Positions 53,657 to 63,202 of a DNA stretch of 63,202 bases are shown piece by piece. The translations under genes and the position numbers were made by a program. Numbering within the stretch: the first letter of the stretch is position 1; the number at the start of each line of letters is the position of its first letter. The notes beneath the pieces are model-generated. The model did no database searches. It was given only the letters and a program-made list of their open reading frames with translations, and was not told the origin of the DNA. The DNA comes from Folioceros fuciformis (lineage: Eukaryota), in the NCBI GenBank assembly GCA_049999805.1, contig JBNGIO010006432.1, positions 1 to 63,202 of the forward strand, given 5' to 3'.

Positions 53657-54724
53657 ATGGAGACGAGGGTATGCGTCCGGGGCCCAATGAAGCCATGTTA
53701 CGAGAACATCCTCACACCCGAGGCACTGCAATTCGTTGCGGATCTGCACCGGAGAGTGCATCTCAGCGTGAAGGATGCCATGGAGCGACGGCGAGAGCAA
53801 CACGCGCGTTTCGCAGCGGGCGGCTTCCCGGAATTGGATCCAGCGACGAGGGAAATCCGGCAAGGGGAATGGTCATGTGAAGGCGTCGAGCCAGAGATCC
53901 TATCCTCCCGGCGACGGGTGCAGATCAAATTCTTAGGTCCAGAATCGCGGAAGACGCTCATGGAATTAGTACGAGGATTTCCATCCGACAGCGAAGCCGA
54001 GGAGGATGTACAGTCGGAGATGAATGACGAAGAGCTCAGCCTTGCTTGGGACAGCATAATCCTAGAGCACATCAGCCTCCGGGAATTCGTACACGGCGAT
54101 ATCACCTACGGCGACCTCGAACAGGACACGACTTACAGCATCGACGACGAGCATTCCCCCTTGTTGATGGTCTGTCCCCGCCCCTGGCATCTAACGGAGC
54201 CAAACGTGGAGGTGGACGGGGAGCCAGTTGTAGCCGCGGTCTTCGATTTCGGGCTCTTCTTCTTCCACAACCACGCCGTCTTCAGAGACAGGCACGGCGG
54301 GTGCGGCCCTTTCTTTCACCTCCCTCAGATGGAGCACTCCCGGGAGGCCGCCATCTGGAAGACCGTGTTCGAGGTCGCGGAGACTGCAGTTCAAGCTCCT
54401 CGGCATTCCATCCGCGGGACCTTGATCATCGAGACCCTGCCGGCCGTGTTCCAAATGCACGAGATGCTCTATGAGTTGCGGGAGCATTCGGGCGGAATGT
54501 GTGCCAAAATTGGCGAGTCGTCCCACTTCGACCTCAACAAGCCTACCGACAGGGAGCTTTCTAGGGAGAGAATCACGTTCAAGACTCGGACCCTAATACG
54601 TGAAGCTGTTAATCTCGTCCGCGCAACTTGCTGGTTGCGCGGGGTCCAATTACTTTTACCGCGTGATCGTCCGTCGTTCACTAGAATGTCTATTATGAGA
54701 CGTGAAGCGCGAGGTTCTTCATAA
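53657..54724 (+). CDS. Malate-synthase-like ORF, intronless, lacking the C-terminal half
   Basis: ILTPEALQFVADLHR; DPATREIRQGEW; PRPWHL; FDFGLFFFHN; GPFFHLPQMEHSREAAIW; LIIETLPAVFQMHEMLYELREHS; similarity decays afterwards. Confidence 0.8.
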   Translation: METRVCVRGPMKPCYENILTPEALQFVADLHRRVHLSVKDAMERRREQHARFAAGGFPELDPATREIRQGEWSCEGVEPEILSSRRRVQIKFLGPESRKTLMELVRGFPSDSEAEEDVQSEMNDEELSLAWDSIILEHISLREFVHGDITYGDLEQDTTYSIDDEHSPLLMVCPRPWHLTEPNVEVDGEPVVAAVFDFGLFFFHNHAVFRDRHGGCGPFFHLPQMEHSREAAIWKTVFEVAETAVQAPRHSIRGTLIIETLPAVFQMHEMLYELREHSGGMCAKIGESSHFDLNKPTDRELSRERITFKTRTLIREAVNLVRATCWLRGVQLLLPRDRPSFTRMSIMRREARGSS

Positions 54725-54869
54725 TTTTCAAGTTCATCAGGTAGAAGATCATTTTTCTTAACAAGAACTGCTCCTCAGTGTGCTAGAACGAAGACAAAGA
54801 TGAGAACCGAACCAGTGGCAGTTATATTTATGTCGTGTGTTTTGGTTAAGTCGCTCTGGTTTTTCGAAG

Positions 54870-55290
54870 TTCAGCCCTTTTGCCTTGGCGAGTACATGTT
54901 CGTCCAGAACAAGCTCGTTGGCTGGGTTTCACTTGCTGCAATCGGGAAGAAAAGAGACACCAAGGTTCCGTTACGTAAGGGGCGCTCGCAATCTCCCCTC
55001 CCCGAGAAGATTTGACCACCGTGTTCGAGGCCGTCGTCACCGCAAACAGCGCTCCTCGGCGTTCGATCCGGGCCACCACCGTGCGCATCGAGATGCTCAC
55101 GGCCGTGTTCCAAAGGCATGAGATGCTCTTCAAGTTGAGGGAGCATTAGGCGGCCACCCGACATTGGACAACGCCTTGAAGCATATCTTCCCTTCCATCT
55201 CCCGATCGGGGACCAGGAGCGCATGAGTCAGATCTTTCGAATTAGCGCTGATCGATGCAGCCGTCGCGGAGTCCGGATCCTCTTTGGAGC
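54870..55290 (+). pseudogene. Second, degenerate malate-synthase-like fragment in tandem
   Basis: TVFEAVVTANSAPRRSIRATTVRIEMLTAVFQRHEMLFKLREH* parallels 54360-54490. Confidence 0.75.
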
Positions 55291-55455
55291 TGCCTGCTGT
55301 CCGGTCGCACTGCGCACCGGCCAAGTGGAACTCTGCCTCATCAGGATGCCCTGCCCTGCGAGGGTGAGCAAGAGAACCCTACCTGGACTCCTCGGAGGTA
55401 CGAAGCTTGCTGGTTCTGTACGCAAGCACATCAACCTCAAAGCAGCGGCTGCTTC

Positions 55456-58359
55456 TTAGGGTCGACCCTTGCAGCTGCAACAGCCGGCTGCGAACCGATG
55501 CACACGGAAACCATCCCTCACAACGATCTGTCTCTGTTCCAGCCTCGACATGATCTCGGTAGAACTGTGGCAGTCACTGCACATGCGTAGATTTTTCGTT
55601 ACCAGTAGAGGTGCCCCGTTAGGTGTGTTCAAGAGACCAAACGCCAGAGCTAGCTTCTCCGCATGACCGCAGAGGGCGTCTTCCTTTTCCTTCTCACACC
55701 CTGGCTTCAACACCAATTTTGTGTGAGGTACGTGGCCTCCTTCCTGCTTCAGACGTGAATTCGAGCTGTCTACCTTGTGCGCAATATCCTCTCTCCTTTC
55801 TCCTACCAGGAATGAATGTACCTGCTTATTCACCTCCACGGTCGCCACTGCAGGTTTCTTGTTAGCTCCTGCTGCCATTCTCTGTGTTTCAATCCTGTTC
55901 ACGTCGGTCCACCTACCTGCATCTGCGTACGCGTTGGCCATGAGAACATGAGCTGACGCGTTTTTGGGGTCCACCTTAACAATGCGTTCAAAACACCAGA
56001 TGGCCCTTTCTATATCACCGTGACTTTTGCAGGCGTTCAACAGAGACGTCAAGCCCACAACGTTACTTTCAAATTGGCCCTCGCATGATAATAGCATCTT
56101 CTCTGCCTCATCTAGATGGCCAGCACGACCAAGAAGATCAATCATGCAGGTGTAATGTTCAAAAGTAGGTTTGATGCCGTGCTCCTCCGCCACAGAATCG
56201 AAGTATTTGCAACCCTCGTGGACCAGTCCCTCATGGCTGCATGCTACTAGAAGGCAAGTGAAAGTGGCATCATTAGGCTCCACACCCGCAGCTAACATCT
56301 CCTCGAAACAAGCTAGTGCCTTGTGACCTTCATCACACGCACCATACCCAGCAATCAGCGCTGTCCATGTCACCACATCCTTTCTGTTCATGTTGTCAAA
56401 GACCTGGAGTGCATCGTCCAGTTCACCACATTTTGCATACATGTCCACCAGGGCGTTGCCCACCACTAAGTCATCCAGCAGTCCTCTTTCAACAATCTGT
56501 GAGTGCAGTTGCATGGCCTTCTGTAAGGCACCAGTGCTTGCGCAGGCCTTCAGAAGGCAAGCGAAAGTAACATGATCAGCCAAAATGAGGCCCGCCTCCT
56601 CCATTTGTCCATACACAACAAGCGCCTCTTGGCCGAGTCCTTGCTGTGCATAACCAGCAATCAGGACGGTCCATGTCACCACATTCTTGGTGGCCAAGCT
56701 CTCAAAAACCTGGCGTGCATCGTCCAGTTCACCACATTTTGCATACATGTCTACAAGGCACGTGCCCACCACCACGTCATTCAGCAGTCGTCTTCCCACA
56801 ATCTGTGAGTGCAGCTGCCTGCCCTTCTGCAAGGCACCACTGCTTGCACAGGCCTTCAAAAGGCAAGCAAAAGTGACACGGTCAGCCAAGATGAGGCCCG
56901 CCTCCTCCATCTGTCCATACACAAGAAGCGCCTCCTGGCCGAGTCCTTGCTGTGCATACCCGGCTATCAAGGCAGTCCACGTCACCACATCCTTGGTGTT
57001 CATGCTGTCAAAAACCTGGCGTGCATCTTCCAGTTCACCACATTTTGCATACATGTCCACCAGGCAGTTACCCACCACCACGTTATCCACCAGTCCCCTT
57101 CCAACAATCTGTGAGTGCAGCTGCCTGCCCTTCTGTAAGCCACCCGTGCTTGCACAGGCCTTCAAAAGGCAAGAAAAAGTAACATGGTTCGCCACTACCA
57201 GCCCCTCCTGCTCCATTTGTCCATACACAACAAGTGCCTCATGTCCGAGCCCATGCTGGGAATAGCCAGCAATCAGCACCGTCCATGTCACCACATCCCT
57301 TGTGGCCATGCTGTCGAAAACCTGGCGAGCATCTTTCAGTTCGCCACATTTTGCGTACATGTCCACCAGGCAGTTGCCAACAAACACGTTAGTAGAAACC
57401 CCACTCTGCACCACATCACAGTGCACTTTTCTGCCAGATTCTAAGTCGGCAGCCATTGCACAAGCTTGAAGGGCAGCCACGAAGACGTGAGCATCCGCCT
57501 TCACTCCTGAACTACGCATCTCATGGTAGAGTTGTACGGCCTCGTTAGGTTTCCCATTCCTAGCGTAGGCCGAGATTATGGAAGACCACATGAAGGCATC
57601 CGGTTCGCCCACCCTCTTGAGCACATCCATGGCCTCCTCTAGCCTACCTCCGCATGCATACATGCGCAAGATATGGTTCCCCAAGTATGCATTCGACTCG
57701 TACCCAAGTTGGACACTGAGGGTATGAACTCGTCGCCCCACAACCAAATCCTTCCTGGCAGTACACAGTTTAAGCACAGTGCAAAACAGGTCGGGAGAAA
57801 CAGCAGAGCCTGTCTGCGCCAGATATTCCAGGGCTCTCACGGCCTCAAGAAGCCTCCCCTGCCCACATAACAAGCTCACGGTTCCAGCCGTCACAACCCC
57901 CAATTCCAATCTTGCACGCCGCCCAGCTCCAATATTATCTGAAGGAAAGGCAGCATGGCTCATCTGCAAATCCAAGGAAACGAGCTGCTCATCAACCCAA
58001 GCTGGCTTGCACATGTTGTTTAACCACAGCACCTCGCCGGACCCCTTCCGCCGGAAATCAGGTGAACGGGAGCGCTTCTTATCTCGTCTGTTGTCCCACC
58101 ACATGGTCGGGTCCAGAAAGAATTGCTTCCACAAATGCTCCTGGCCCTGCTCCTGCTCCTGGCAACCACCATCTCTGGACAACCCATCCCTACCAACACC
58201 CTGTCTCGGAAGTGGACGTGCTGCGCTGCTGCACCTGGAGGCTTTGTCTGCCAGGGCTTGACTTCCTAAGCTGAGTTGACTGGGCGGAGCTCGACGAATC
58301 TCTGCACCCACACCAGATTGCTGGGTCCACAACGAGTCTGGCTGCCATACTGTAGCCAT
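55456..58359 (-). CDS. PLS-class PPR protein with C-terminal DYW:KP (GRP-type) deaminase domain and N-terminal PDF motif; intronless, 967 aa
   Basis: Repeated P-L-S motifs; E motifs; KKPAVATVEV in place of the PG box; HAEKLALAFGL; CSDCH; terminal CSCKGRP. Confidence 0.95.
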   Translation of the reverse strand: MATVWQPDSLWTQQSGVGAEIRRAPPSQLSLGSQALADKASRCSSAARPLPRQGVGRDGLSRDGGCQEQEQGQEHLWKQFFLDPTMWWDNRRDKKRSRSPDFRRKGSGEVLWLNNMCKPAWVDEQLVSLDLQMSHAAFPSDNIGAGRRARLELGVVTAGTVSLLCGQGRLLEAVRALEYLAQTGSAVSPDLFCTVLKLCTARKDLVVGRRVHTLSVQLGYESNAYLGNHILRMYACGGRLEEAMDVLKRVGEPDAFMWSSIISAYARNGKPNEAVQLYHEMRSSGVKADAHVFVAALQACAMAADLESGRKVHCDVVQSGVSTNVFVGNCLVDMYAKCGELKDARQVFDSMATRDVVTWTVLIAGYSQHGLGHEALVVYGQMEQEGLVVANHVTFSCLLKACASTGGLQKGRQLHSQIVGRGLVDNVVVGNCLVDMYAKCGELEDARQVFDSMNTKDVVTWTALIAGYAQQGLGQEALLVYGQMEEAGLILADRVTFACLLKACASSGALQKGRQLHSQIVGRRLLNDVVVGTCLVDMYAKCGELDDARQVFESLATKNVVTWTVLIAGYAQQGLGQEALVVYGQMEEAGLILADHVTFACLLKACASTGALQKAMQLHSQIVERGLLDDLVVGNALVDMYAKCGELDDALQVFDNMNRKDVVTWTALIAGYGACDEGHKALACFEEMLAAGVEPNDATFTCLLVACSHEGLVHEGCKYFDSVAEEHGIKPTFEHYTCMIDLLGRAGHLDEAEKMLLSCEGQFESNVVGLTSLLNACKSHGDIERAIWCFERIVKVDPKNASAHVLMANAYADAGRWTDVNRIETQRMAAGANKKPAVATVEVNKQVHSFLVGERREDIAHKVDSSNSRLKQEGGHVPHTKLVLKPGCEKEKEDALCGHAEKLALAFGLLNTPNGAPLLVTKNLRMCSDCHSSTEIMSRLEQRQIVVRDGFRVHRFAAGCCSCKGRP

Positions 58360-60676
58360 GGTTCAAGGACCACTACGAGTCTGAGAAAAGGTTATGGCAG
58401 GCCGCTCATCATACAGTGTACGACCACACAACATACGGTTTAGAGGTGGTTTGGAGGAGCTTGATGAGACAAGGCCGCTCACGAATCCAGTAACCCACAG
58501 CCTTCATAGCGGCCAGGCCAGGCTTGATGGACTGACCTGGATGGTGGATGGCAGTGGCCACAAAGCTGCAAACAGCAAACAGCTCCTTTAGTCTGGATTT
58601 GATTTATCACAAGCCTTTTTGTCCACTGGGAAAATCCAGCCATGGCAAACTCTTAAGCCCCTTCGCTCTGGTTCTGATCTATCGCAGGCGTTGATATGAG
58701 CAGGTGCAGAATATGTTTTAGCCGAGGAGATGCCCCCATGGTTCTCCGTCGCAGGGCATCAGGACCAAGAACACCGAACCGAGGTTGAAAAATACATGGA
58801 TTTTACAACCCTCTTTGGAATAGAATCACCATTACACCCATGAAAAGAAGAAATAGCTGAGTCAACACACATTCGCATTTACGGTTGAAGACAGACCAAC
58901 TACGGCGCGGTGGAACAAGTGTGAAGTCTGCTTCGTGGAAGAAATCTGGAGTGCCGTTCAGTCACAAGATGATCGTGTGGGCTGGAGGAGTCGAGAAACG
59001 GAGTGCTCGTTGTACTGTAGACAAACTACCCCTTCCTTCCGAATCGAGGTATTTTTAAATAGATCCAAACATTCCAGATCCTCAGTTGTCTTTCCGACAG
59101 ATTTACTGGAAAGCGGAGTCACGATAAGGGAGGGTTTCCATAGCCTACCGATTCGTGGGTGGGAAGCACGGTGAACTGCTACAAGAACTCAAACCATATT
59201 GTAAGTCTTCAATAGCAAGTCCAAGCTCACGCCGTGTCACAGTGGCTCTGCATCGTGCACATAAAAAACCAACCGATATCACCACCATGAAAGATCAGCC
59301 TTCTATGACCTCAAAATCCACCTCAATAACTATGAAGACACGTCAGATTTGACCAGTTCGATTCCCCCCGCACTGTCCTAGTCCACACAGAATCCTTCCC
59401 ACATTCAACCTCACGCACCCCGGTCCTCACACCAACCCACATTCCACAGGAGATTAAGACTGCTCCCCTTCCACTCAAGACTTGTACAGAAAGAAACTCT
59501 AGCATGTGATAGCTAGTAGTTGAAGAGTCAGAAGACACGCCAGCTACCAATTCGCAATGCTGGAACCCAAGGAACAACTTCCAGCCACACCATGCCACAT
59601 GTCCAGTCTGCAACGTCCAGCCTCCGCTAAACCCACTCTTCATCCAGAAAACCGTTCCTTCGAGGTGGACGAAGATCAGAGGCCTGAGTCCAGATTGAAT
59701 TCAGTTTTAACCTGGTTTCGTTACGATCGGAAAGCAACAATAGGGTTAGGAGAATAGTGACTCCGTTAGTTCATCGCGACCATTACAACGACAGCACGTG
59801 AGCTAGGCCAAACACAAGTTGAGCACAAAATGCATGAGCCTCATCAATAATGTAGCAACTGATAGCCGTTAGAACAAGACAGATTTAAAAAATAGTGATG
59901 ACACTCCATGTGATGGGCAGATGAACCCAACCATCTCTGCAGCTTAGCAGGTAAAAGGTCAGAGCCACCTCTGCGTTGATAAATTTCAGTGTCAGTAAGC
60001 AAAGACACCTGGCAAAGTAAAAACCTCACTCAGCTAACAAGGAAATACGGTCAGCACATCTGATGTCTGCTGAAAATTTAACAATTTCTAGCTTGTATCT
60101 GGTCTAAAAGAGAGACGGGGTCAGTGCAGGTGTGAAGGCGTATTCTCAGGGTCCAATAGTACACCACATAAAACCCAGGCTATTGTAACATCCAGCCTCT
60201 GCAACAACCTGGGGAGCTCGGTTAGGATCCACATACAGCGCAACGACTGTCAGCACAATGACGTGAGCTCTCTTGAGTTAGATCCAAATGCATGCCACAG
60301 ACTCGCCTGTACCCCTAGCCGAATGGTCACCGCCTCCCAACCAGTCCAGTCACCTGCTAGAGGATCCGACTTAAAAAGCCTTCCAAGTCGCCTGAATGTC
60401 TTTCCTGCAATTATGATTTGTAACTTCGTGGCACCCAAAGAACTTCAACAAAACATCAAGAATAAGATGCCTCAGGGACGTATCTTCAGTGCAAGACCTG
60501 TGCCTCCACCCTGCCCCATCGTCCCCGTGTCTCATTGCAGAAGGGGCAGTGACTAACACCAAAATGTACAGGAGAAGTTAGCATACAACAGCTCCCCACG
60601 TCATCTTTCACGAAGGACCGCCGTTCCACGTGTAGACACCGCTGTGCAGTAATCAGGAGGAAAGAACAGTGCAATG

Positions 60677-63202
60677 CTACCGGCTCATCTCGGACATGAA
60701 CCGCTCATATTCTGACTCAACGGCATTGTTCTGCTGGCCACTTGAGGCAGAGACACTAGCAGTGTTTGCCCAAGGGGGTGGCATGCCACCAGGAGGTGGA
60801 GGTGGCGGCTGTGAGGGAGGCGCACTCGTTGGCGGAGGCGGGGGTGCTGGATAATAGCCAGGATATTGAGGCATGGGCATGTAAGAGCTGCTTCCCATCG
60901 GGCCAACAGGTGCACTAGAAGGTCGTGTTCCTGGCCTGGGACCCATGACATTAATAGGGCTTGGAGGCATCCCAGGAATGCTGGGTCCAGCAGCAGGTGT
61001 ACCTGGCAGTGTCCCTGCAGCAGGTGGCTGTGCTGGTTGACCAGGTGGAGGGGGTCCTGATGGCGGAGCCCCTTGAGAAGGGAGTCCTGAGTACACACTG
61101 TAAGGTCCTCCATAAATTGGAGGAGGAGGACCACGGGGAGGTCCACCGGGAGGTGGCGGTCCCGCAGGTGGTGGTGGCCCATACATATTACCTGGAGGCG
61201 GACCATATGGACTGTATGGCGGATGACCACCAGGGGCCACCCAGGGCGGCATCCTCATCTGACCGGCTGGGGGTCCACGAGGTGGTTGTTGCTGTGAAGA
61301 CTGCTGGGATGGTGGGACCTGCGGTGGTGGCTGTTGCTGCTGTGGAGGAGGATATCCTCCACCCATCATCTCCATTCCGCCTGGATGTGGCCCACCAGAA
61401 GGAGGAGGACGACCTGCAACTCGCACTGCTAAGATTTTACCATCAAGTCTGTATCCGTTCATATGAGTAACAGCCTGCGCTGCACAAGTGGAATCAGTAT
61501 ACTTCACAAACCCATACCCCTTGCTAGATCCATTCATTCTGTCACGAATGACCTTAGCATCCTCCACCCGACCAAATGGAGAAAACAACCGCAAAAGACC
61601 CTCATCGTCCACAGAATTGGGCAAGTACCCAACATATAAATTTGAGTCATCACCATCCTTACTGAACTTCGAACCACCACTAGTACCTGGAGGTCCTTGG
61701 TAAAAGCTATTAGTAAACCCCTGCTGTTGAGGCATCCCACCTGTTCCCGGAGGCGTGCCCATAGGAGGACCCATGGCTCCTGCCCCTACAAATGTGTCCG
61801 ACAGACTACCCAGCCCTGGACTGCCACCCATCCTTCCTGCACCCATACCTCCACTGCCTGGTGCTCCAGCACCAGCACTTCCAGAACCCGACCCACTTCC
61901 AGCACCTGCTGACCAGGGCCCTCCCTGGCCCTGCGGGCCTGGAAGGGATAGCTGAGGTCCAGCCGGCCCTGCGCTGCGCCCAACCTCTCCACTGCCAGTA
62001 CTGCCATCACCGCCTCCCAATTCAGCCAGAAAACTCTTGTACTCATCATCCATCTTGTTACCTTGCGTAGAGCCCTTGAGCGGACAGTCAAGGGTAGGAT
62101 GCCCACCGTCACCACAGATGCGGCAGCTCACATCACTCTTGAAGGTAGAATGACGGGCTGGGCATGCATATTGACGATGACCCGGCTCCCCGCATAACCG
62201 ACAGTACTCATCATCTCTGATAGTCCCATTAAGAGCTGCAAGCTCCCGAAGTTGAGCCCGCTTGTGCTCATTTCTCCCTTCTTCCACAGGCACCAGCAAT
62301 TTCTCGACCATCCCACCGGCTTTCTCCAAGCCATCAGCTGTATCTGCCTCTATCAACACATGCAGATCTTCATTTTCAGAAGGATCTGGCTTCATGTCGC
62401 GCCTTTGCTGTGACCGACCTTCTTTCACGGAGCCCTTGCCCCGTATCACTATCTTGGCACCGGTTTCCCTTTCCATCCGCTTCTGGGTGTTACCACGAGG
62501 GCCAATGATGAGACCAATGAAATTGTACCCAGGATACTCCTTAACGGGAATGTACAACTTCTTGTACAATTTCGGTGGCTTGTAGTCCGCAGGAGGTTTG
62601 AAATGAGGATTCTTCTTTATCAGCTGCGTGATAATCTCCTGTCTCTCTCTCGTCAACTTCTCTCGTGCCCTATACTCGCGGGTGTTGATCCTTATCCCCA
62701 TATTATCATAGATTGGTTCTGGAGACGGAGACCTCGCACCATCGGGCCTCTCATCAAGAACCTACAAGAAAACCCACTCCATAAGCAGACCCAAACCCTC
62801 CTCTCGACTCTTACAGGTTCCTCTGACCCACATTGTCAAACCCACAAACAACCATGCGAAAAGACACCCACCAACGCAGTCCACAAACCACAGAACATCA
62901 GCAACCCCTTCAAGCAATTCTGCCATACCTGCCCCGTGGACAACTTCCTGTTGATATCCAGCAGCTTGATATTCAGCGCCTGCAACTCCGGATCCAACTC
63001 CACTCCACCAGTCAGCTCCTTCACAAACTCAGGAAGCTGAATCTGGCCGAGCAGCTGCCTGGGGGCATCATCAGCCCACCTGGACTTACGCTTCCTCACA
63101 CTCCCTTCCCCATCCTGATTCTCCCCCTCCCCATCCGGCTGCGGCCCCCACCTGCTCCGCCTCCTCTTACCAGAACCGCCATCCGCCGCAGCGACCTGGC
63201 TC
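60677..63202 (-). CDS. SF1: Splicing factor 1 / branchpoint-bridging protein; 5' end outside the window, intron ~62762-62928
   Basis: [24 protein letters not shown]2 [15 protein letters not shown]; two CCHC knuckles; RRM (LYVGYL...KGYGFV); Pro-rich tail. Confidence 0.97.

Noticed and set aside
58400-60670. Short ORFs between the PPR gene and SF1
   Set aside because: No recognisable motifs; more likely SF1 3' UTR/introns and the PPR promoter.
61430-61650. RRM within SF1 as a novelty
   Set aside because: Plant SF1 proteins are known to carry this extra RRM.

Overview
Gene-dense nuclear DNA of a seed-free land plant with short spliceosomal introns and several N gaps. A hornwort is the best guess, inferred from a PLS-PPR protein ending in a DYW:KP deaminase with terminal GRP. 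Bases 1-8.8 kb hold a nested LTR-retrotransposon cluster: two oppositely oriented Ty3/Gypsy pieces, one inserted into a Ty1/Copia gag. Bases 8.8-13 kb hold gene relics (ARP8 fragment, F-box/kelch, PPR, hAT transposase). Apparently intact genes are ARP8 (F-box-actin), an AtuA/DUF1446 protein, a PGK-like/TrmB fusion, TSR1, a PTI1-like cytoplasmic kinase, a PP2C, a pseudokinase paralog, a truncated malate-synthase-like ORF, the PPR-DYW:KP protein and SF1 (cut by the window edge). The most notable items are the putative U-to-C editing PPR carrying an N-terminal OSB-type PDF motif, the degenerate PGK fused to an m7G tRNA methyltransferase, a candidate non-AUG uORF upstream of the PP2C, and retroelement ORFs broken only by in-frame TAG/TAA stops. 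All calls rest on motif recognition by eye; exon boundaries of spliced genes are approximate.
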